From Malacoraja senta (Eukaryota): 64,000 nucleotides of DNA. This document shows positions 1-12,617 of the stretch, in pieces. How positions within the stretch are numbered: the stretch's first letter is position 1; each line of letters opens with the position of its first letter. The translations under genes and the position numbers were made by a program. The notes under the pieces were generated by a model that saw only the letters and a program-made list of their open reading frames with translations, had not been told where the DNA came from and searched no databases. The DNA is taken from NCBI GenBank assembly GCA_038087875.1, contig JAXLNO010000065.1, forward strand, positions 62,001 to 126,000, given 5' to 3'.

Positions 1-1009
1 AACCCTATAACCAAAGGCTTAGAAGCCAGAGTGAACAAATCAGCCATGTTAATCTGTAATTAACAGCCCACAGAAATAAAAATGCTGGAATCGATCAATG
101 GGCCTGGCAGCGTCTGTGGAGAGTGAAAAACAATGTTAATGCTTCAGTTAATACTACTGCTGAGTATCTCCAGTGTTCTTTGGATTTTATCTCAGCGTTC
201 CAGCAACTGTGTTTTTTTTCTGTTGCCACTGCATGGCTGCCACCTTGTGTTGCAATGGCATTATAATGTGGTGCAGTGCAGACACACTCCCTGGGGATAC
301 ATGCAGGAGGGGCATAGACCAATGGCACCTTCCACTCACACAGTGATGTTGTCAGTCTATTACATAGTCCATCTATTCTGTGCTGGATATGAGATTTCCG
401 GAGATGCTGTCAGGACATCAACAGGGAACAAATTGGATAAATGGCCTTCCACCCATGAGAAAGGCTGTATTAATTTGTCTGCAAAATCACTTTTGTTCTG
501 TTTACCAGGGCTGAGGTGTTTGTTGCGTGCTGGCTGGTTATTCCAATTATCTTCCTCTCATTGGGGTTGGGGAGCAGGGTTGTACTTCGCTTGTTCTCTC
601 GTCCAGATCTCCGAGTGACTGAGTGAGTGAGTGAGTAGGCCGCCCTCAGTGAGTTGGAGGGTTTTGACTTGGGTGAAATATGAGCTGCCAGTGCAGGCAG
701 TGTGTTGATAAATGGGAGACATTTCCTTCTGCGTGATAATTCATTCACACTTCACCGGGCACTCCTGCAGCCTCCCTTAATGCCACACGCACTCTGTTAG
801 CAGTTACATGATGGGACTGTGAGGGGAGAAAAAATTAAACCTGCCGCCTTCTTTTCTTCTTCCTACAGATTTTTCTTCTCTTGGCTACCTCCCCCCCCCC
901 CTCCCCCACCCCTGCCATTTCAGACTCTTCCCTGATTTGCAGGGAATGGAGTTCTCTCCTTTGAGTCAGGAGTTTTTTGGGTTAAATATCTAGTCCTGAA
1001 ACTATAATG

Positions 1010-1750
1010 GAATCTTACAGTTGTACAGCACAGCAAAGGGTCCTTTGTCCCACCTTGTCTATGCTGATCATTTTGCCCATCTACACTAATTCCACTTGCC
1101 TGCATTAATTCCATCTCTCTCTGTGATGTGCTCATTCAAGGACCTGTACGATGCCGTTTAAAGATTGTTCCTCTTCCTGCCTCTGGCAGCTCATTCCATG
1201 TACCAACTTCTTGTTGTGTGAAAAATGTACCCCTCCGATTCCCCCTCCCCCCCCCCCCCCTCAGCTTAAACCAATGCCAGAGGAGTATATTGTTAGAGAC
1301 CCTCTGGGAAACAGACTCTGGCTATCTACTCTCTCTATGCCTCTCATAATTTGATATATTTCCAACATGTCACCTCTCAGCCTCTTTTGCTCCAGGGAAA
1401 ACAAACCCAACCTATCCGATCTCTCCTGATAACTCAGGCCTTCCATTCCAGGCAACATCCTTGTGAATCTTTACTGCACCCTGTCAAGCTTAATCACATC
1501 TTTTATGTAGTCTGATGACCAGAACTGCCCACACATTGCTCACAGTCTAGCCAACATTTTGAACAACCATAACATTTTGCAACTCTTATACTCGACCGAT
1601 GAATGCTAGCTTCTCTAGGCCTTCCTTACCGTTCCGCCTACCTCTGTGATCACTTTCAGGGAACCATGTAGTGCAAGGCCCCTCTGTTCAGCAATATTCC
1701 CCAGGGCCCTGCCATTCACCATGTATGTCTGGCCCTGGTTTAACTTCCTA
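1010..1750 (-). mobile_element. Degenerate CR1 (HER1-like) LINE 3' fragment, interrupted by Tc1; resumes near 3165-3250
   Basis: ORF 1261..1458 (GLSYQERSDRLGLFSLEQKRLRGDMLEIYQIMRG) is a CR1 ORF2 C-terminus; 3175-3200 reads FADDTKIG on the minus strand. Confidence 0.8.
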
Positions 1751-1753
1751 ACA

Positions 1754-3020
1754 CAGCACCCTCCATAATGTTTGGGACAAAGACCCATCATTTATTTATT
1801 TGCCTCTGTACTCCACAATTTGAGATTTGTAATAGAAAAAAATCACATGTGGTTAAAGTGCACATTGTCAGATTTGAATAAAGGCCATTTTTATACATTT
1901 TGGTTTCACCATGTAGAAATTACAGCAGTGTTTATACATAGTGTCGTCCCCCCCCCCCCCCCCCCCATTTCAGGGCACCGTAATGTTTGGGACACAGCAA
2001 TGTCATGTAAATGAAAGTAGTCATGTTTAGTATTTTGTTGCATATCCTTTGCATGCAATGACTGCTTGAAGTCTGCGATTCATGGACATCACCAGTTGCT
2101 GGGTGTCTTCTCTGGTGATGCTCTGCCAGGCCTGTATTGCAGCCATCTTTAGCTTATGCTTGTTTTGGGGGCTAGTCCACTTCAGTTTTCTCTTCAGCAT
2201 ATAAAAGGCATGCTCAATTGGGTTCAGATCGGGTGATTGACTTGGCCACTCAAGAATTGACTTTTTTTTAGCTTTGAAAAACTCCTTTGTTGCTTCAGCA
2301 GTATGTTTGGGATCATTGTCTTGCTGTAGAATGAACCACTGGCCAATGAATTTTGAGGCATTTGTTTGAACTTGTGCAGATAGGATGTGTCTATTCACTT
2401 CGGAATTCATTATGCTACTACCATCAGCAGTTGTATCATCAATGAAGATAAGTGAGCCAGTACCTTCAGCATCCAGACATGCGCAGGCCATAACACCCCC
2501 ACCACTGTGTTTCACAGATGAGGTGGTATGCTTTGGATCTTGGGCAGTTCCTTCTCTCCTCCATACTTTGCTCTTGCCATCACTCTGATATAACTTAATC
2601 TTCATCTCATCTGTCCACAAGACTTTTTTCCCGAACTGTGGTGGCTCTTTTAAGTACTTCTTGGCAAACTGTAACCTGGCCATCCTATTTTTGTGGTTAA
2701 CTAGTGGTTTGCATCTTGCAGTGTAGCCTCTGTATTTCTGTTCAGGAAGTCATTTACAAATCCACACCTGACTCCTGAAAAGTGTTTCTGATCTGTCGGA
2801 CAGGTATTTGGGGATTTTTCTTTATTATAGAGAGAATTCTTCTGTCATCAGCTGTGGGGGTCTTCCTTGGCCTGCCAGTCCCTTTGCGATTAGTAAGCTC
2901 ACCAGTGCTCTCTTTCTTCTTAATGATGTTCCAAACATTCTTGTTTCTTGGTCTCATAATGGTTTATTTTACTTTCATTGGCACAACTTTGGTCCTCATG
3001 TTGATAAACAGCAATAAAAG
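1754..3020 (-). mobile_element. Tc1/mariner transposon, IR/DR type, one end missing
   Basis: Terminal CAGCACCCTCCATAATGTTTGGGACA at 1754 with inner direct repeat CAGGGCACCGTAATGTTTGGGACA at 1971; transposase on minus strand; other end replaced by a SINE fragment at ~3022. Confidence 0.9.
2027..2957 (-). pseudogene. Tc1 DD34E transposase, disrupted
   Basis: ORF 2027..2683 has VLWTDE, LQQDNDPKH and SPDLNPIE with exactly 34 residues between the second D and E; ORF 2754..2957 has the GRPRKT motif of the DNA-binding region in a separate ORF. Confidence 0.92.
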
Positions 3021-3484
3021 TTTCCTGGGGAAAACCTATGCGGTCACAGGGAGAATGTACAAAGTCCATACAGTCAGCACCAGTCGTCGGGATCGAACCC
3101 GGGTCTCTGACGATGTAAGGTAGCAACCCTACCGCTGTGCTGCCCCCTTCCCGCACAGTCACATTCCAGCATACCACCAATTTTGGTGTCATCTGCAAAC
3201 TTACTAATAACGGTACCTACATTCTCATCTAATTCAAACAGAGCAAACAAAAATGGTCTTAGCTGGCATTTGAGTTCAGTAGTAACGAGGCGTATGTTGT
3301 TGAGTAGGTGTCTTTTGAACTGCTTGCAAAAATAACTCCGTTAGCTTAGGTTACAGCTTAGGTTATGTTTCTTCACTCAGAGGGTAGTGAGGGTTTGGAA
3401 CTCTTGCCTGAAGGGATTGTAGAGCCCTATTTCCCGAACCCAAAATGTCACCTATCCATGTTTTCCCTGGATGCTGCCTGACTT

Positions 3485-4108
3485 TTTCAACCATATCGAA
3501 GCAATGGCCAAGAAAGCACACCAACGCCTCTACTTCCTTAGAAGGCTTAGGAAGTTCGGCATGTCCCCAACAACTCTCACCAACTTCTACAGATGCGCTG
3601 TAGAAAGCATTTTGTCGGGATGCATCACAAAATGGTTTTGGAACAGCTGCATCCAAGACTGCAAGAAATTACAGAGAATTGTGGACACAGCTCAGACCAT
3701 CACACAAACCAACCTCCCTTCCATTGACTTAATTAACACTTCACGCTGCCTCAGCAAGGCCACCAGCATAATCAGGGATGAGTCTCACCCTGGATGCTCC
3801 TCCTCCTCCCATCAGGCAAGAGGCACAGAAGTGTGCACACGCACACCTTTAGTTTCAGGGACAGTTTCTTCCCAGCTGTTATCAGGCAACTGAACCATCC
3901 TACCAACAACCAGAGAACGGCCCTGAGATACTATATACCTTATTGGAGACCCTCAAACTATCTTTAATGGACTCTATCTTCCACTAAACATAATTCCCTT
4001 TACCATGTATCTGTTAACTGTAATCATGTATAGTCTTTCCGCTGACTGGTTAGCATGAACAAAAGCTTTTCACCATACTTCGGTACATGTGGCAATAAAC
4101 TAAACTAA
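3485..4108 (+). mobile_element. Rex1/Babar-type LINE 3' fragment
   Basis: KKAHQRLYFLRRLRKFGMSPTTLTNFYRCAVESILSGCI (DUF1891-like C-terminal region); 3' UTR ends TTTTCACCATACTTCGGTACATGTGGCAATAAACTAAACTAA. Confidence 0.8.
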
Positions 4109-4367
4109 TCCCGTTGAGTTACCCTAGCACTTTGCGCCTTTTTTTGTAAACCAGTATCTGCAGTTCCTTATGCTTGATGTTATTTGAGGAAGTGCTGAGG
4201 CTCATGGAAGCCCATTCATGCAGCCCATACATCGTTGAAATCCTCAGTTATTGAGACAATTTAGGGGATCCAGTTCATCACTCTCCTTTGGATGCAATCG
4301 TCCCGTATATTGTTAACCAACCTGCAGTGTGAATCCTTGCCAAAATCCTTCATAAAATCCATGTATA

Positions 4368-4633
4368 CTTGGCCTTTCAGCCCACCGAGCTCGCGCCGGC
4401 CAGCAATTATCTGTACACTAGTTCAATCCTACACAGTAGGGACAATTTACATCAGCCAATTAACCTACAAACCTGCACATCTTTGGGATGTCTGAGGAAA
4501 TTGGAGCACCCGGGGAAAACTCACGCGGTCACAGGGAGAATGTCCAAACTCCGTACGGACAGCACCCGCAGTCAGGATCGAACCCCGGTCTCTGGCGTGT
4601 AAGGCAATAACTACCGCTGTGCCACTGTGCCGT
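4368..4633 (-). mobile_element. tRNA-derived V-domain SINE (HE1-like)
   Basis: Reverse complement has tRNA head with B box GGTTCGATCC and V-SINE core; over 20 related copies across the window. Confidence 0.8.
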
Positions 4634-5609
4634 TTGCTTAAAATGGGAGAAGGGGATAGACAGAGTGACTAAAAGCCGACAAGTGTGACACTGGATGAGG
4701 AGAAAATGCTGGAAGAATTCTGCGGGTTGGCGTTAATCAGTGGTGAGAAAATCACATGTTATTGATAGCCTGGATCTAAGGGAACACCATGTCCGATTCT
4801 ATTGGACTTTTTGTGTTGGTGAGAGGGAGCACTGCTGAAGATAGAATATGTCATGAATCTCGACAAGGCCCAGGAAGCTGCAGGAACGGGGAAGTTAAAG
4901 CCCATGGACTCCAATGGAAGGTGGCAGGAAGGAAAAGATAACAGTCGTCAGGGCTTTTAATGGCTGATGAGATGAGTATAGAGGGGTGTTCCAGAACTCA
5001 GTGGCAGAGATGGTGTTGAGGCAAGGATCAGCTCTAAATGAAAGACGGAGCTGGCTTCAGGTGCCATGTATCAACGTCAGTTTCTTAGGTTCTTAAGATG
5101 TTTACAATTGTAATGGACATAAATCGTGGAAAGCCAGGAGCGGACCTCTGACCAAAGTGATGTAGGATAGTCGGGGAATAAGAAAATTGGTGGAAGAGTT
5201 TGAGGAGGGTTGAAAAGGTTTTTCACCCAGAGGTTGATGAAGGTCTGGAACACTCTGGAGGGATGGTATAATCAGAAACCCCTGTTACATTTTACATTTA
5301 TAAGATAGACACAAAACGCTGGAGTAACTCAGCTCGTCAGGCAGCATCTCTGGTGAAAAAGATTAGGTGACATTTTGGTTTGAGGCCCTTCTTCTTTTAT
5401 GATTTATTTTTATTTTATCAAATTAGTTTATAATTTATTTCATGATTTAATTTATAAGGTAGTTGGTGAGCACTTGATCTGGTATCTGCAGGGACACACA
5501 CCAAAGAATGGGACGTGCAATAACTCTGGATTGTAACTGGCCTCCTATCTTCTGAATGTTCGTGACTATAGGCTCATTGTATGTTACACCTGTGCTATAG
5601 GAGGCATCC

Positions 5610-5809
5610 NNNNNNNNNNNNNNNNNNNNNNNNNNNNNNNNNNNNNNNNNNNNNNNNNNNNNNNNNNNNNNNNNNNNNNNNNNNNNNNNNNNNNNNNNNN
5701 NNNNNNNNNNNNNNNNNNNNNNNNNNNNNNNNNNNNNNNNNNNNNNNNNNNNNNNNNNNNNNNNNNNNNNNNNNNNNNNNNNNNNNNNNNNNNNNNNNNN
5801 NNNNNNNNN
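5610..5809. other. Assembly gap (200 N)
   Basis: Run of exactly 200 n. Confidence 0.99.
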
Positions 5810-6139
5810 GAACGTCCCAGCACCCTGGTCACCAGGAGTGGTATTAGAGAGAGGCCGTGTGGAAATAGAGAGAGGGGTCGTGGTGTATTTTAAAGTCACG
5901 GTGAAGATCCAGATATTAATTCTTCCGTGTCCCTGTCCCTTTTTCCTAACATCTCCTCTGATTTCTTCCCAGCTGTTCCTCCTATCACTGCCAGGCTTTG
6001 TCTCACCCCACCTCTCTTTTCCAGCTTTTACCCGTACCACAATCCGTCTAAAAAAACGGACCCGACCAAAAATTTTGCTTGTCCATTCTGCCCACAGATG
6101 CTGCCTGAGTGACTCCTAACACTCTGTATAACTTTAATC

Positions 6140-6345
6140 CCTTCATCTTTCAACACCCTCCCCAGCTGCCATTCCTTTCCTCCTCTCCCCTCACCTTTCC
6201 TCCTCCTCTTCCCCAACACCCCCCCCACAAGTTCTCTTCCTGCCCTCTGCTCCCTTTTCCCTCCATTTCCCGCCCTCTTCCTTTATTCTTTCCTGTCCGC
6301 TCTCTCTTTCCCTCTTCCTCTCGTCTCCCCTTTCCCTTCTGCCTG
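6140..6345. repeat. CT-rich low-complexity tract
   Basis: Nearly pure pyrimidine on the + strand. Confidence 0.85.
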
Positions 6346-6945
6346 AGGGAAACCAATTTGGATTTATGGTCTGTGACAGTATAAACTGTGCTTTTAATTA
6401 CAGACTATCTCTGACATTCCACCTTTAAGGAATAAGACGGGGTTTTAATAGGAAACTGTTCCTTGCTCCACTTCACCAGTTGAAACCGATGAGGGAGCAG
6501 GAATCGTTAGGTTCTAGATCTATTAGGGTCCTGAAGGACTGTAAACCCTGCAGGGGTGTTAACGAGCAAGACTGTTTATCAAAGAAATGAAAACCATTTA
6601 GTTTAATTGCCGCATATTGTTAAATAGGCTATTGGGGAATCAGAGCTGGATTATAGCCAGAGACAGCTATTCCTGAGCTCTGCAAATTCATTCAGCATTT
6701 CCTGTTAGATTTTATTTTGCTAAGAATGATTGTTTATATGTAGAGAGGGAGATCGGCCAGTTCTCTCCACCACAAGTGCCAGGACTTAGTCCCCCCAGTA
6801 ACCTGAGGAGCCTTGACCACCAAGTCCATCAGAATGGGCAGCCATCTCTGGGTAGATAACATCCCTGACTCCAAGCACTCTGTGAAGGGTCTCGACCCGA
6901 AACATCATCCATTCCTTCTCTCCAGAGTTGCTGCCTGTCCCACTG

Positions 6946-7740
6946 AATAAGCGAGTTCGGTATTCCAACTGTGCATGCCCAGGTCACAGGTCACTCGTGA
7001 TAAACATTCTCGGGAGCTGAGCTGCCGCATGTATACAGTGCTGCGTTTCATCCGTAGTCAGGATTGAACCTTGGTCTCCAGCGCTGTTGAATTGCTACTG
7101 GACCGTCCCCGTCCCCTCCTAAGTGTCCCATCCCTGACCGGGAGCGGCCGGAGATGTCCGGGGTGATCCTGGAGTGACGGGACACCGGCCCGGAGCAGTG
7201 GTGGCCCAGGCTTACAGCCAGCGCGGAGATGAAGCGCTAACTCCAGCTCAACTCTGCCTGTCCCGCTGGGTTAACCGACGGCCCTGGACTGACGGGACAT
7301 CGGCCCGGAGCAGTGGAGTTAACGCTTCTTCTCTGCACTGACTCTAAGCCTGGCGCCGCTACTGCTCCGGGCCTGTGTCCCGTCAGTCCAGGTCTGTCGA
7401 TTAACCCGGCGGGACAGGCAGAGTTGAGCTGGAGTTAGCGCTTCTTCTCCGCTGGCTGTAAGCCTGTGCTGCCACTCTCCGGGCCGGTGTCCCATCTAGG
7501 GTCACCCCAGACATCGCCGGCTGCCCCCGGACAGGGATGTGACACTCGGGAGGAGACGGGGACGGTCCAGTAGTAATTCAACAGCGCATGCAGCGCCCGA
7601 GACCCGGGTTCGATCCTGATTATGGATGAAACGCAGCTCTGTTCCATGCAGCAGCACAGTTGCTGAGAATGTTTAGCACGAATGACCTTTGACAAATCCC
7701 ATGATTCCTTGTGTTTTTCGGAATACCAAACTCGCTTATT
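6946..7740. mobile_element. ~800-bp foldback (palindromic) non-autonomous element, superfamily unclear
   Basis: Outer IR AATAAGCGAGTTCGGTATTCC / GGAATACCAAACTCGCTTATT; inner arms 6983-~7315 and ~7358-7693 are reverse complements; splits a short retroposon copy (CCCACTGA|...|TTACTCCAACATTT). Confidence 0.8.
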
Positions 7741-7934
7741 ACTCCAACATTTTTTGTTTATTTTCCAAGCACTCTGCTCTCTCCTGTCCTGTCATTGGCT
7801 TTCCGGCAAGTCAAATCTCCTGATGTCAGGGCTGCTCTCATTTTTACAATGTGTAAAATGTTCAAAAGGAAACCCAGTCAGCAAAATATGAAGTGTCTCC
7901 TGCAAAACCCCCACAAAGTGCTGGAGTAACTACT

Positions 7935-8188
7935 GGCAGCACGGTGGTGCAGCGGTAGAGTTGCTGCCTAACAGTGCCAGAGACCCATCTTTGATCCTGG
8001 CTATGGGTGTTGTCTGCACAGAGTTCAACGCTCAAGTCGTACAAGTTTGTCGGTTAATTGGCTTCGGTAAAGTTGTAAATCGTCCATAGCGAGTAGGATA
8101 GTGCTAGTGTACGGGGATCGCTAGTCGGCACAGACTCGGTGGGTCGAAGGGCCTGTTCCCCCGCTGTGTCACTAAACTAAACTAAACT
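7935..8188 (+). mobile_element. tRNA-derived V-domain SINE (HE1-like), internally deleted
   Basis: GGCAGCACGGTGGTGCAGCGGTAGAG head; tail GGGCCTGTT...CTAAACTAAACTAAAC. Confidence 0.8.
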
Positions 8189-9119
8189 ACACTCAGAGGA
8201 TCAGACAGCATCTCTGTTTTAGGTTGGAAGGGAAATGTCACATCCATGTTCTCCAGAGATGCTACCTGACCTGCTGAGTCACTCCAGCACTTTGTTTTTT
8301 TTTGCTCCAGATTCCAGCATCTGCAGTTCTTTGTGCTGTTTTCACCCCTGCAGGGTACTTGGTGGGTAACGAGGGGGGGCGGGGGGGCGGGGGGGCGGAC
8401 AGAGGAATCGGTATTTAATTTCTGGAGAACCTAGGGTATTGTTAAAGAATAGGCAACTCCACGGCCCTTCACTGCTCATTACATGCCAGCGAGCTGCTGT
8501 CTGGTGCCTGCTTCCATCAATGAGCAGGTTAATTTGCCAAAGAGTTTTAATTGTGCTCATGCTTTGTTAATTGGCTGTGACAAACACATACACAACAATG
8601 AAAGGTGCCAAGGATAACACTCATTCCCCAGTGTAATGGGTGCTGGCAAAGGCTGCCCGATGCAGGCCACTGACTTGGCAGTGTGCACAATAGCGAGGCT
8701 GGGGGAAACGGACACAATCTCATCCTCACCACCCCATATTCTCGCAGTTCAGTCCCCGACATGTTTTGTGTGAAGGTTGTCACACTTGCCAGCAGCCGTG
8801 TCTGCCACCAGTGGACACCGTGGTGGTGGAACAAGCAGTGGGGGGGGAGGGGAGGTGAACACTGGGGCCGTGTGTGCTTTGTTTTGAATACTGGGCGAGA
8901 GCTGGCCTCCTCTCTGTGGAAGCGCATAAGGCAGAGGTAAATGACCCAAATTGCTTGAGGCAGAATAATAAGGCTGAATGGAACGGAATGCACAGCGCAG
9001 GTTACTCTGCCGTTAATTGCCATGGTGTCACTCCCATCATCCTGTTCCCTTTGTGCACCAAGCCTAGCAATTTACAGAGAGCATTTGGTGGCCATTTCAC
9101 CTCCTGTTAACTCAGCAGA

Positions 9120-9300
9120 ACAGGAGAGCGGGAGAGAGGGAGAGAGAGAGAGAGAGAAACGAGAGGGGGTGGGGAGATCAAGTGGGGGAGGGAGAGAACA
9201 AGAGAATGGAGAGTGATTAAGGGAGAGTGATTAAGGAGAGTGATTGGGGGATAGAGAGAGAGAGAGAGACTGAGATCAGACACAGGCAAGATAGTGAGGG
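9120..9300. repeat. (GA)n microsatellite / purine-rich tract
   Basis: GAGAGA runs and GGAGAGTGATTAAG repeats. Confidence 0.85.
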
Positions 9301-9334
9301 AGAAAGTGAGCACAAGAGACAAAAGGAATAAAAT

Positions 9335-9439
9335 AGAAATGGTGCAGGAAACGAACCAAACAGAAGGAAAGATAAAACAATTGAAGAAATGGTGCAGGAA
9401 ACGAACCAAACAGAAGGAAAGATAAAACAATTGAAGAAA
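9335..9439. repeat. Perfect 50-bp tandem duplication
   Basis: GAAATGGTGCAGGAAACGAACCAAACAGAAGGAAAGATAAAACAATTGAA at 9336 and 9386. Confidence 0.95.
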
Positions 9440-10264
9440 GGAATGTGGTGTGGTTAAAACCGCAAGAAAAGAGGCATAAAGAGAAAATGAGTGTTAAATA
9501 AAAAGTTCTGGATAAACAGCAGCAGTCTTGTGCAGAAGGCTCTGAGATGTGAATAGGAGCCAGAGGGAAGAGACGAGAGGAATATTGTGTGACTAGGACT
9601 CTGTGCTGGGGGAGAGCCACATGCAATAAGTCTGATCGTTTCAAGCCATTGAAATCACTGGGGTACAATTGCAGCCCGCAGCCCACTCTGTAATGCTGCC
9701 ACTGTGGATCAGCTGCCCATTATAGAACCTGCCTCATTTCATTTGCCATCCCACAAAGAAATGTATTCTCCCTGGGTACCAAGCTGAATTTAACCCATCG
9801 GTTCCTATGTCACTCTGGAAGATAATAGATAGTAGGTTTTCACTCACCTTGAGTGGCACTACTCATCTTTCAGCCACAGATTGAGGAGTTTCCAAAATCT
9901 ACTAAGGCCAATGAGCTGGAACTGGAACAAAAAGAGTGATTTTCAGTCATGAGTAATGGGCCAATTTCAGTCAGAAGCCCGTTCGGACAAAAACACTGTT
10001 TCGACTTTTAACTTGCAATGATCATCATGTCACTGAATTCAACTCGCGTTTGAAAGGGAGATGGGAAAAAAGCAGCATCTAAATGTAAAGTAGTGACCAG
10101 GATTTGAACTCGAGCTAAGGCTGGCTCCAGTGCAAACAGGCAGAGATTCTCCTCATGAACTGGGCCAATCTGCTAATGAGCAAAGTCACAGGAGGTCAGT
10201 GGGAGATGTTAATGTGATAATGAGACAGTTTACACTCCTATATCCAAGCTACACAAACCATGTG

Positions 10265-10690
10265 TTTGAAGGCAATGGAGTTTAGAATGATGAGGAGGGT
10301 CCTCATTGAAACTCACCGAATAGTGAAAGGCCTGGATAGAGTGAATGTGGAGAGGACTTTTCCACTAGTGGGAGTCTGGGATCAGAGGCCATAGCTTTGG
10401 TCCTATGACAATAAAAGGATGTAGCTTTAGAAAGGAAAAGTAAAGGAATTTCTTTAGTCAGAGGGTGGTGAATCTGTGGAATTCATTGCCGCAGAAGGCT
10501 GTGGAGTCCGTCAATGGATATTTTTAAGACGGGGATTGACAAATTCTTCATTAGTACGGGTGTAGGGGGTTATGGGGTGAAGGCAGGAGAATGGAGTTGA
10601 GAGGGAAAGATAGATTAGCAATGCTTGAATGGTGGAGTAGACTTGATGGGCCGAATGGCCTAATTCTTCTCCTAGAATTTAAGAATTTAT
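10265..10690 (+). mobile_element. CR1 LINE 3' end fragment
   Basis: GAGGGTGGTGAATCTGTGGAATTCATTGCC and 3' UTR GGGCCGAATGGCCTAATTCT resemble the young CR1 at 32200-32420. Confidence 0.8.
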
Positions 10691-11637
10691 GCCTCTCATG
10701 CTTTGTACCTGCAACGCAGAACACCGCAGATGACACAGAGCCAAAGGAAAAAGCGCAGCGCCAGAGACCCGGATTCGATTCTGACCTTGGATGCCGTTTA
10801 TGTGGAGTTTCCACATTCTCCTGTGTTGTTAATTTCTTCCAGGTACTTTGGTTTCCTCTTAAATCCTATAGATGCGTCAGCTTGTAGGTTAATTCATAAG
10901 TTCATTTGAGCTGAATTAGGCCATTCAGCCCATTGAGTCTACTCTGCCATTCAATCATGGCTGATCTGCCTTTTCCTCTCAGGGCCAGTCGCCTGCCTTC
11001 TCCCCATATCCTTTGATTCCCTTACTAATCAAGAATCTGTCAATCTCTTCCTTAAAAATACCCAATGACATGGCCTCTACAGCCATCTGTGACCATGAAC
11101 TCCACAGGTTCATTACCTTCTCAGCGATTGTAAATTGCCACAGGAACAATTTACAATTTTTACCAAAGCAGATAGAATCTGATTCGGTGTTAATTCAGCC
11201 AGACTTAACTTGTCCAAAAGGCTGGTATTACCTTTCAGGTCTATGAGTTGCAATGAGCCAGCAAATGCCATTAGGTACCAGCACACCCCATTCCTTTTTC
11301 AGATCTTTTTTCACACGAATAAAACCAATAAATGCAAGAAATACTCTGCGGGCGAGGCAGCCGTGACTAGCGGTGTGCCTCGGGGGTCGGTGTTGTATTT
11401 TTGTCATCTGTATTTGGATGAGAATGTGCAAGGCATGGTTAGTACAGACGGCTTGTAGAGCTGCTGCCACACAGCTCCAGAGACATGAGTTTGATCCTGA
11501 CCTCGGGTGCTCTCTGTGTGAAGTTTGCACGTTCTCCCTGTGACCGTGTGCGTTTATTCCGGGTGCTCCGGTTTCCTCTCACATTTCAAAGATGTGTGGA
11601 CTCTCTCTAAATTGTACCTAGCGTGCAGGGAGTAGAT

Positions 11638-12217
11638 GCAAAAGTGGGATAACATAGAACTAGTATGAATGGGTGATCGATGGTCGGCATGGATTCGGTG
11701 GGGTAAAGGGCATATTTCCATGCTGTATCTCTAAACTAAACTAAGTACATTTGCAGATGACATTAAAATTAGTGGTGTCATAGACAGTGAAGAAGGTTAT
11801 CAAGAATCACAGCGAGATCTTGATCGGCAGGGCAACAGGGCGGAAGAATGACAAATGGAATTTAATTTAAATAAAGCGTGAGGTGTTGCATTTTGGGTCG
11901 GAACTTCACAGTGAATGGTAGGGCCCTGGGGAGTGTTGTAGAGCACAGGAATATAGGAATAAATTTACCCTGAAAATGGCATAATAGGTAGATAGGGTGG
12001 TGAAAAGGGCCTTTGGTATGTTGGCCTTCATTAGTCAAGGCATTAAAGTAACACACAGAGTGCTGGGGTAACTCAGCGGGTCAGGTAGCATATCTGGAGA
12101 ACATGGATAGGTGACATTTTAGGTTTAGGACATTTAAGCATATCTGGAGAACATGGATAGGTGACCCTTCTTCAGACTGATTGTAGGGGCAATGGGGAAA
12201 AAACTAGAAGAGAGGAG
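11638..12217 (+). repeat. 580-bp segment duplicated at 14313-14892
   Basis: Near-identical (about 3 mismatches by eye); identical 64-aa spurious ORFs at 11862..12056 and 14537..14731. Confidence 0.95.
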
Positions 12218-12617
12218 GGGCAGGACAAAGCATTGTGGGTAATAGGTGAGCACAGGTGAGAGCAGTTTTTGACAGGAAGATGGTTTGACGAAGGCTAGAG
12301 TTGAGAAAAAGGATTGAAGAGTTGCTATGTGTAGGAAGGAACTGTGGATGCGAGTTTACATCAAGGATAGACACACAAAGCTGGAGTGACTCAGCGGGGC
12401 AGCATCTCTGGAGAGAAAGAATGGGTAACGTTTCGGGTTGAGACCCTCTTTCAGACTTATAATTGGGAAGGAATGTCGGTGGATGGAGAGGGAGGGGAGG
12501 AATAAGTGCAAGTCCGGGGGTGGGGGGGGTTCGACATTGAATATGGAAGTTGTGATGTTATATTGCAGTCGTATAAGTTTTTGGTGCGACTGCACTTGGA
12601 GTATTGTGCTCAGTATT

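Noticed and set aside
840..900. Strong splice-acceptor-like TTCTTTTCTTCTTCCTACAG
   Set aside because: Runs into poly-C with no convincing donor or recognisable coding frame
3022..3145. tRNA-like A/B boxes, here and in many other places
   Set aside because: They are SINE heads continuing into the V-domain, not tRNA genes
5447..6040. ORFs spanning the gap
   Set aside because: Open only because of the 200 Ns
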